From Bugula neritina (lineage: Eukaryota; Animalia; Bryozoa): 64,000 nucleotides of DNA. The position numbers and the translations under genes were made by a program. Each line of letters starts with the position of its first letter. Positions within the stretch are counted from its first letter, which is position 1. The notes beneath the pieces were generated by a model. It was not told the DNA's origin. It saw only the letters and a list, made by a program, of their open reading frames with translations, and did no database searches. Shown one piece after another: positions 28,165-37,458 of this stretch. The stretch covers positions 8,236,722 to 8,300,721 of the forward strand of contig OZ037766.1 in NCBI GenBank assembly GCA_964035545.1, read 5' to 3'.

Positions 28165-29155
28165 GGCATAGTATTTCTAATGTTGTACCATCATATAAGC
28201 CTATAATATAGCTTTGTGTATGTTGAACAAGTCTTAGATTTGTGTTCAAAGTGTATAATATATTTATATCTAAATATTTTTATATTGATTTATTAACAAC
28301 ATTTAAATATAGAATGTAATTAAAATTAATCATTGCTTCTTTCAGCAAAATGATGAAATGAAGTTTTGCCAATATTTAGTTTTTCACCACTTGTATCCTG
28401 GCTAACATAAATCTACGCTTTGTGTTTTATTATTTACAAAATTGTTTAGCATATTTCTTACAATGGGTACAATGTATATAATTTGTTACACATGGTTCTT
28501 TTACTGCTAAAACAATCTTAAAACTTGTCATGTTTCATATGCTGTATATTATTTTCACAATTTTTTACTTTTTGCTAGGAATTATTATTAATTAAAAATT
28601 ACCTGAATGCTTTATAACAATCATTGTCAATGTCCAGAAAAATTTAAACTTCAAAAGAATATGTTGGTTTTCAACTTTTTATTCTATATAGTCATTTATT
28701 AACTATAAATATTACTTAGTAGTAAAATATAAATGCTGATAACATTTTAATTATATATCTACTATAAAATATTTTATTTGAATTAAAAAATGGGAAAATC
28801 AATTATGTCATCATAAACTAAAATAGATGTTTCAAACAGTATTAGAAATAAATTGCATACTAAAATATATTAGATATGTTATTATGATGAGATGTAAAGT
28901 TCTCTAATAAAAATAATAGGATGCGAGTGAGCTCTAGATAAAAATGCTGCTTTAAAAAATCAAGCATCAGAAAAAGTTATGTAAAAGCGGTTAATAAAAA
29001 GTCTTTGTAAGATGTTATGCAGTTTGTGATTGAGAAATATTCGATGATTGAAATTTATTTGAAATAAAATTGTTAATATGAGGTAAAATTGAGCATAAAA
29101 AGTTCACCAGTCAGAGCACAAACTATTATCATTTATGATGTTTTATACTTGTCAC

Positions 29156-32100
29156 TCACTTGCTTAAGTAGCAACTTTCAAAGTTTGTGAAGCAAACGGG
29201 AGGCGTTGGGACCGTCTCGTCTATTTCAAGCCACACAGTTTTGCTGTCTTTGTTTACTGAATAGCAGAAGTTCATATACTGTGTAAACGATGAGGATTCT
29301 CTCACAATGCTCGACACATCAGTTAGAAGTTCAAGTAACTTCACATTCGGTAACGGAGCATTGGCTAAGGCACCATTTCCTATCTCTTTGTCGTCCAAAG
29401 ATGTTGCTTCTGTTGCACCATGTTCAGATAAAATTTGATCATTCACTGATGTAACATCCTGTTTGTCCACATCCACAATATCTTGAGGAGTGTTACCATC
29501 GCTCATACTGTCTTTCTTTAGACTTGCCATATCAGTGACAGAACTTTCATTGGAGGTGACATTTTCTTCCACTACTGTCAGCATAGTCTCTTGTCTTGTT
29601 TGAAGATGGCTATCTTGGTTAATATGATATCTGTACAGATTTCTCAGGTGTTCTCTCATTGCCTTAAACATTTCACCTCGTTTGGACCTACAAAAACAAT
29701 AGTGGCGTCAATAGAAAGCCTAAATGAAATACTGAATCGAAGACATACAATAACTCATCATCAGTCACAAATGACCTCATGAATTATTTTGATATAGCCT
29801 TCTTACCTGCTGTCCGGCATTGTAGAGAAACAAACATAGCTGTTGAGAGATAAGTTTAAGCTTGGCATTGCTTTACGATTCCACTCCAACTCCAACTCTT
29901 CTAAAGACAGCTCGTCTTTCGTGACATTAAAACCAGAGTATGGCTCCATTTCAAACAGTTCATTACATTCCCAGTTCTGTTTTGTTCTGTTTTTCCGAGC
30001 AATGTTTCCACGACAGAATCCCAACAAGAAAAGCTTGAAATATACCAACAAAATTTACGTAGATCATATCAAACATTTAACAGAACCCAAACTGTATCAG
30101 ACATAGAATAGACATAAGAAAATTTTAAAAAATATGTTAGCAAATTTGCCAGGAATTCTTATGAGTGAAAGTTTGTACCATTATGTAGGTTACCTTGACA
30201 GTTTCTTCTGGCAGACTTGTGTTTAATGTATCAAAAAGACTCTGGACGCTGCACACACTACCATCATCGCCACAGATATTACCCTTCGAATCTCCATGTG
30301 ACATAATAGCCAAGGCTACCATTGTGCCATGAGTTGGCAACTCGCCAAATGCCTTCACTCTGTTAATCATCTCCGCTGCCGAAAGATCGACAGCAATTTC
30401 TACCTGTACAAAAAATTATATATTTCCTAATACCATTTAACTACGTTTTATGTGAAAAAATAGCATGTACTAATAAAAAGGTTTAAATCCTTGCAGCACC
30501 ATCTTACTTAGCAGAGTGAAATAAGCTCTTACTCACAACACTACCAGCCTAATCCTAAAAATGGAAAGTTGGATAGTGAGCTTACCAAAACACACTATAC
30601 AATGAACCACTCAAACCCATACAAATTGATGAGCACTTTCAGCTGTGCTTACATCTAAAGCACCTAAAGAAAAAAAGCCAAGCCTTTTGGGGGATAGAAA
30701 TATATTATTTTTCTGTTTTTCTTAGCTATCTGTTATGTGATAAAGAAAATAACTTGTGGAATGAACTCTTAGTAAGTTCTCTATCCAGTCTTCCATTTGT
30801 ATAGTTGGCCGATAGATACTGCTAAGAAAATTGTGCTACAAGAGTTCAAACTCAAAAATTGGCATGCTATTTCACACACATTTATTGTTTTCGTCGATTC
30901 AGCATAAAATTTCAATTAGATGGCAACATGATTTTGTTATTTTTTTATCGCAACAAGCATAACGTGTTACAAGTAAATAAATATGTCAGATAAGGTTTTA
31001 TTATACTCATGTTTCTATTATTGAATGAATTACCGAAAAGCCCAATTGAGTTTCCAACACAATAGATGCATCTTTTAGCTCCTTTTCATAATCAGATCTA
31101 TCTTTACTATTGCATATCACTAGCGCTTTCCTTTTGTCCCTTTTAGTTATTAGTAAATGATTCATTGCAGAGGAGATAGTACTTTCATCAGCTTGAAGTT
31201 GACGACCATAGGTAGAATTTATAGAAAGGCTTTTGACATCTGATCTCCTCAGCAATCGAGCTAATACAGAGTTAACATCTTCTTCAGAGTGCAGTTGAAT
31301 CACACCATCATCCTGACAACTGAATAAACACATCAGATAGAGGTAACAGCTGAGTTAAACCTATTAGGTACAAATTCATAAAAAGCAATCAGTCGAAAGA
31401 ACAAAGTTCTCAACTTTAACTAAAGCTAAGTCCTACTGAATACGTAAATGCCTTATGAGTCAGTTGCACAGCCTAAGAATGTAGTCATTATTAAAAACTT
31501 ACAACAGTTGTCAAAACCCAGCAGAACAAACAGAACACAAGCAAAACTCTATACCTAATATATCGCTTAAAAAATAAATTATCCTGAAAAATTTTAAAAT
31601 CAGTATTAGATAGAATAAAAAATAATATAACATGGAGAATATGTAACCTTGGCTTGTCCATGTGAACTGTAACCATCATATAGTCTGGATTTGGTGGAAT
31701 CAGGCATTTTTTATGTTCATCTGAATCAGACGTACAAAATATCACTGCCTAAAACAGATGTCAGTAAAAGTAACTTTACTTGTGATTAGAACTATGTAAT
31801 AGCAACTTAACTGGTATTTAGGCAAATAAAAAAGCAATACAAACAGAAAAGTAGATGTTATCATGAATAAACACCTTGGGTTGCCCACGCAGGTTTTCAA
31901 TTTCTTCAGCCTTCATACACTCCATTTTAGGAAGAGATAATCCTTGCGTCCCAAGAAGTAAAATTTCTGCTTTAGCAGAAAACTCATTGATGGCATAATG
32001 CATGATTTTCCAAGTTTGGCTTCGGTCACCTTCTGCTATGGTTGGTGGATTGATGGTGTCAACAAGAAAGCCTGAAAAATGAGCTTGATAAACATATGTA

Positions 32101-33692
32101 GGTGATACAGTAACTGAATCCATTGGTACTCCAAGAATTTTTTGTACATAGTAGGAAAGATCAAATTCCGTCTCCCGACTTCGATTCACCAATGATTTGC
32201 AGTTAGCCCCTTTGGGATTCTTCTTCTTCAACATTTGTTTCCTTTGAGCTAGAGGTAAGGACATGATGGTCTGCGCAAAGGCTTTTGGAATAGACATAGC
32301 TGCAACATGAAGTAAAGGGTTGTTTCCTTGATGGTCACTCTTTATCATAGTCTTACTATCACCAGTAATGTCTAGTTTCTCAAACAGTTCATGAAAGGCT
32401 TTACTATTTGGACTCCTGTAAGCCAGTTGATAAACATCATCTCCTTCATATGTTTTCTTAGCTAGGTACATGCTTATGTCATCATCGTCCTCATCATTGC
32501 TGTCAATGCACTCCTCTAGGCACGTTAGCAAATACCCAACTACGTCTACGCAGCCTCGCTGAGCAGCAGTTGATAATGAAGTAAACTTTATTTGATCCTC
32601 ACGTAGTATGTATTCTTTTCTTAAAGATGTGTCTATGCTACTAATGACAGCTTTTGCACTGTCAAGGTTTGTAACAAAATGAAGAGGGGTTCTTCTAGCA
32701 ATATTTTCAAGATTTAGCATTTCATTTGCAGTGGCCGCATCAAGAAAGTTTAGCATTGCTTGAAGAACATCACCCCTACCATACAAGGCATGGGTATGAC
32801 ATGCAGACTGCCTACTTACATCTTTATGTTTCAACAGTGAATTGAAATCTAAGTCCTTAATGCTTTGTGCTGACTCCATAAGAGCAAGTGCAGCAGGACC
32901 ACCCGTCACAACATGGAGAGCGGTTTCTCCTAATAAATCTAGTTTCAATATAAGTTCCTTGGCAAAACTTTCTATCGAAAGAAGATATTTAACAAGCTCA
33001 GCGTTATTTTTCATTGCAGCATGATGTAGCACAGTGTATTTGGGCATTCCCGGAGTGGTTAGCAAGAATTCTCGCACAAGTTCTGGAGTAGTACAGTCTA
33101 CGAAACATTTCGCAGATGAAACACTTTCAGCACAGTGGAGTGGGCTCTGTATAGAGTTGTTCAACAAGAGAGATTGATCGCTGATTTCACTCATCAAGTA
33201 GGTCACCATATCAACATTGTTATCTTTGACAGCAATGTGTATAGCAGTTTGACCAGCGCCATTGGTTAAAAGGATATAATCATCTCTCAAATTAGGGTCA
33301 ATGGCTTGAAGAAGAAGTTTAGCAATGTCGGTTGATGAGGTCATGTGAAGAGGGGACGAATGAAAATCATCAAGAGTGTACACTAGTTTTGGGCTAATGG
33401 TAGGAAAGCTAAGTAGATACTCCACCACATCTATTCTTTGGGCCATACATTGAAAATGCAAAGCTGTATGTCCACATTCGCTCCTTTTCAATAAGTAGCG
33501 TTCTTCATGAGGTGTCATACTATAGACCAAAGCTTCTGCAACATCTTTGTCTTGAGCAGAAAATAGTGGAAAATCTCCATCCTCAAATGGTTTTCTCCGA
33601 GCAGCATTATTTAAAAGAAATGCTTGTAAAGCCTCAACTTGCTTTTTTACTTTGTCCTCTTCTGATAAAAAGTGAATAAATGACAAATCCAT
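29156..33692 (-). CDS. Ankyrin-repeat / caspase (peptidase C14-like) fusion protein, 5-6 coding exons, ~1021-1057 aa
   Basis: Exons 33692-31875 (about 11 ankyrin repeats), 31748-31648 (probable), 31319 (or 31312)-31034, 30403-30194, 30033-29807, 29687-29156. GT-AG junctions, frame preserved. Caspase elements in order: KALVICN..DRSD (beta1 plus S1 Arg), LGFSVEIAVDLSAAEM, VALAIMSHG (catalytic His), KLFLLGFCRG (catalytic Cys), YVCFSTMPDSRSKRGEMF (p10 start), LLELLTDVSSIV..TQYMNF (p10 end). An acceptor at 33730 implies a 5' UTR intron. Confidence 0.85.
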
Positions 33693-36503
33693 AATGCAGA
33701 TAGCTTGAAAGATCCAGGTTGTCAACAAGCTGAAAATAAACAAAAACAGCACTAGAAAAAATATAAATTATTATTCTATGCTTAACTTCAACATTAATAT
33801 ATTAACATTATGGTTATAGTTAATTTTATGTCTCTCAAACAATTGGAATAAACTACTCTAATTCTGTAACATAATTTAACAACTATGCTGCTATAGATGT
33901 ATCTATTATCTAAGCAGGTTATTATCACTGATAATGTCTACGCTATGCTAATATATAATATACCAACTCTCATGCCGTATTATCTAGGACTCAGATTTGT
34001 CTTGTATTAGTGGTTACAGGTTTTCTTTATTTACATTTATACCTTGTTACTTCCCTATATAGCATATTATAATAGCAACATTAAGTAAACACATAGGAGG
34101 TTGTATATCAAGATGCAAGACATATACTTATTGCTGAAAATTATATATATATATATATATATAGTTAACTTAATAAAGGCATGCATACTTTCACATACGT
34201 ATAAACTTCTGTAACATGGATTTCTAACCTAAGGATTATAGCATTTTAACCATTAGCTAAACGACACTTTAGTTATTCTTACCTTTATGTACAGTTTTGG
34301 AGCTCTAATTAACAGAACAGCTTTTTGAACACAACTTGGCAATTTTGAAACTTAATCTTCTTTCTCTTATGCACGGGAGTCTGTCCTGATCAAAGGCTAA
34401 GCTCTATAAACAATATGTCAATATAGAATAAATCTACTATACATATATATTATATCATAATATTATACACGTATATTAAGAATATAAATGCATGTATATT
34501 TTGTGCTTAGTACATCTTTAAACACCCAGAGCTAGCATTTTATAAGAAGAAACCAAAGGTTCTAAAGCTTACTTACAGTGTTTTTTCCAGATACTAAAAT
34601 ATGTTAACAATATTACTACTGTAAATTTAGTATTTCTAAAATATATAACCTCCAGTTACTATTTTTCGATAAAATAGCTAAGCTATATTTGAGAAATAAA
34701 TTTGTGTTTGTTTTTAACTGGATTTCAAGCATACGCATTTAATATAATATATTGCAATATAATGCTTGTAGATTGTTGCTAAACTTCACTGCCTGCCTTC
34801 TTAAACTGCTGAGACTCTTTGTTACTATTACTATAAAGTTCATACTTTTACAATTTTAAAGATATTAGGCTAGTCATATATTTGATAGGGCGACAAATGA
34901 AATATAAATCAACAACTAGCTTTACTGTTTGCTTTGGTTACTACAATACATCTGATCTTACATTTCTGTTAAGACTAACTTGAAGTTTTGCACGTGACAT
35001 CTTTACAAGAATGAAGAAGGTGTAACTATACAAATAATGAATTATAAACGTAAACAAATTTAAAATAAATTTAAAACATCAAAACTAAAATTAGATATAA
35101 TGACTATTTTTATAATTAAACATCAAACTTTAGTTTAAACTTAGGCTTACTCTTAGTCCCAGAATGAAGCAATGCTCATAATCACATGGAGTAATTTTTG
35201 AATGTGATGTAAAGTAGCAATTAGTATAAGTTTTAAAATTAAAATAAGAATGCTAACAAATAATAACATAAAAAGTAAGCCGTAAAACTAAAAGTAAACG
35301 CCATAACGGTTGTATCTACTTTTAGTTTTAGTGGGATCCCGTGTCTAATTTTAGTGTAGCACTACTACTAGTAGAGTTGTAGTTCCCCAACAGTATTTGA
35401 ATGATAAGTCACAATTTAAACCACATTAAACTCATTTGGTCCAAAATTTTCTTTACCAAAACCATGGTAATATACAGTTTGTAAAAGTAAACCTAAAGAA
35501 TTGACTAACAGTAACCTTCAAAGCGAATATTCTCAAAACCAGGAAATAATAACAGGAAAAAGTATGCAATAGCAGATACTTGACCCGCTATTATAATAGA
35601 CCAAAATTTCACGAGGTGACGCTGAAGTGTTCTATTTCATTCTAAAATTCCTTCATTTTTCGAGCTGCAACCACAATCTTAAATGCAGATTAGTGGTTAA
35701 GCCATTTCTTGTTGACCCGCTGCTTAGAAACATTCCACGCCAGCATATGCTTGTTCAGTCACTATTTCAAAACCGCGTTTTTCTAAAACTGAGAATATTG
35801 TTAAATTAACCTATAACAGAAAAATTCAACATCTATTAGCAGGTGCTGCAGATTTCACACTTCATGTTTTAAATAATATATTATTACTATCCTAAAGTAT
35901 GCGAGTATACCATTTTTCAACATTATTTATGTAGTAATGCTAAAAGTAAAAGTTAACTTCTTGTGATAAATTTAAGTATATTTAGTCAGTTTAAAAATTT
36001 AAACTGCTACTATTACCATTATCAACTACGATGATATTATAATTATAAAGATAGTCATAGTTGTTATATTAGACACTGGAGGTTTTCAGATATGCTAAGT
36101 ACCTAATACGTAACTTATGCATACATTTATATTATAGCTATCTGTGTAGACTATGATATAAGTATAATGTATACTCTATATGTGCATATATGTTATGTTG
36201 GCATTGTACTATAACAGTTTGTATTGTTTATAGAAGCTTCTTCTCTTCAGTGACATTTGATCAGGACAAATTCTGGTGCATAAGAGGTAGCAGATTTTGT
36301 TCCACACCTGCCACATTAAGACAAAAAGGTCTTTTCTCAGTTACTCGTTAGAGCCCGAGCTCAGACGCTCGACATAAAGATAATAATATTACAAAAGTAT
36401 TGAGCATCGTTTAACTAAGTAGTAAAATGTTGCAATCTTTAGGCTAGAAGCTCAAGTACAAAAGTTCATATCACAAAATATTTATCTCATTATTAAGCTA
36501 ATT

Positions 36504-36832
36504 ACACACACACCACACAGACACACACACACGCCACACACACACCCACACACACGCCACACACACACACACACACGCCACACACACACCCCCACACACA
36601 CGCCACACAGACACACACACACACACACACCCACCACACACACACGCCACACACACACACACACGCCACACAGACACACACACACACCACACACACACAC
36701 ACCACACACACACACACGCACACACCACACACCACACACACACACCACACACACACACCACACACACACGCCACACACACACACACCACACAGACACACA
36801 CACACCCACACACACACCACACACACACACCA

Positions 36833-36887
<55 letters not shown>

Positions 36888-36896
36888 ACACACACA

Positions 36897-36965
<69 letters not shown>

Positions 36966-36980
36966 ACACACACACACACC
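36504..36980. repeat. ~480-bp compound (CA)n / CACCA / CGCCA microsatellite
   Basis: Visible directly; source of the three Cys/Val ORFs. Confidence 0.98.
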
Positions 36981-37458
36981 ATTCCAAGTAACTAGGTGGC
37001 TGTCCTTCTGTACCATAATATATAGCCTCCATAAGTGTCTATTTAATATTGCAATTAATATACACTGTATAATATGTATGGAAATAGGAAGATATAGTTA
37101 TAAAAAAGCACAGATTACATGTAAGCATTTAATACAAGACAATATTGAGCCCTTACTAATGTTGCAGTGTCACCTTACCTATCTCTACTCTGTCCTGTTT
37201 GATTGGAGGGGGGGGGGGTGGTTGAATGCTATATACATTGTTTATCATTATATGTCAGCATAGCATGCAAAATATTAGACTTTATAATATAAGGCTTGAA
37301 TACATATATACTCTATAGCATAGCAATCATAGTTTATAGTTTATAATAGATATAGTTATATATTATAAAGTCTAAATACTTGGTGTTGCGCTTATGAAGT
37401 ATGTACCAACTGATAGTTATATCATAAGACTGTTTTATTTTAGTACAATAAGACAAAT

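Noticed and set aside
31818-33752. Stand-alone 644-aa ankyrin protein with hydrophobic N- and C-termini
   Set aside because: Both hydrophobic ends are read-through into introns (acceptor at 33730, donor at 31874); the exon splices on to caspase exons
36482-37032. Three 166-176 aa Cys/Val-rich ORFs
   Set aside because: Translations of the (CA)n/(TG)n microsatellite
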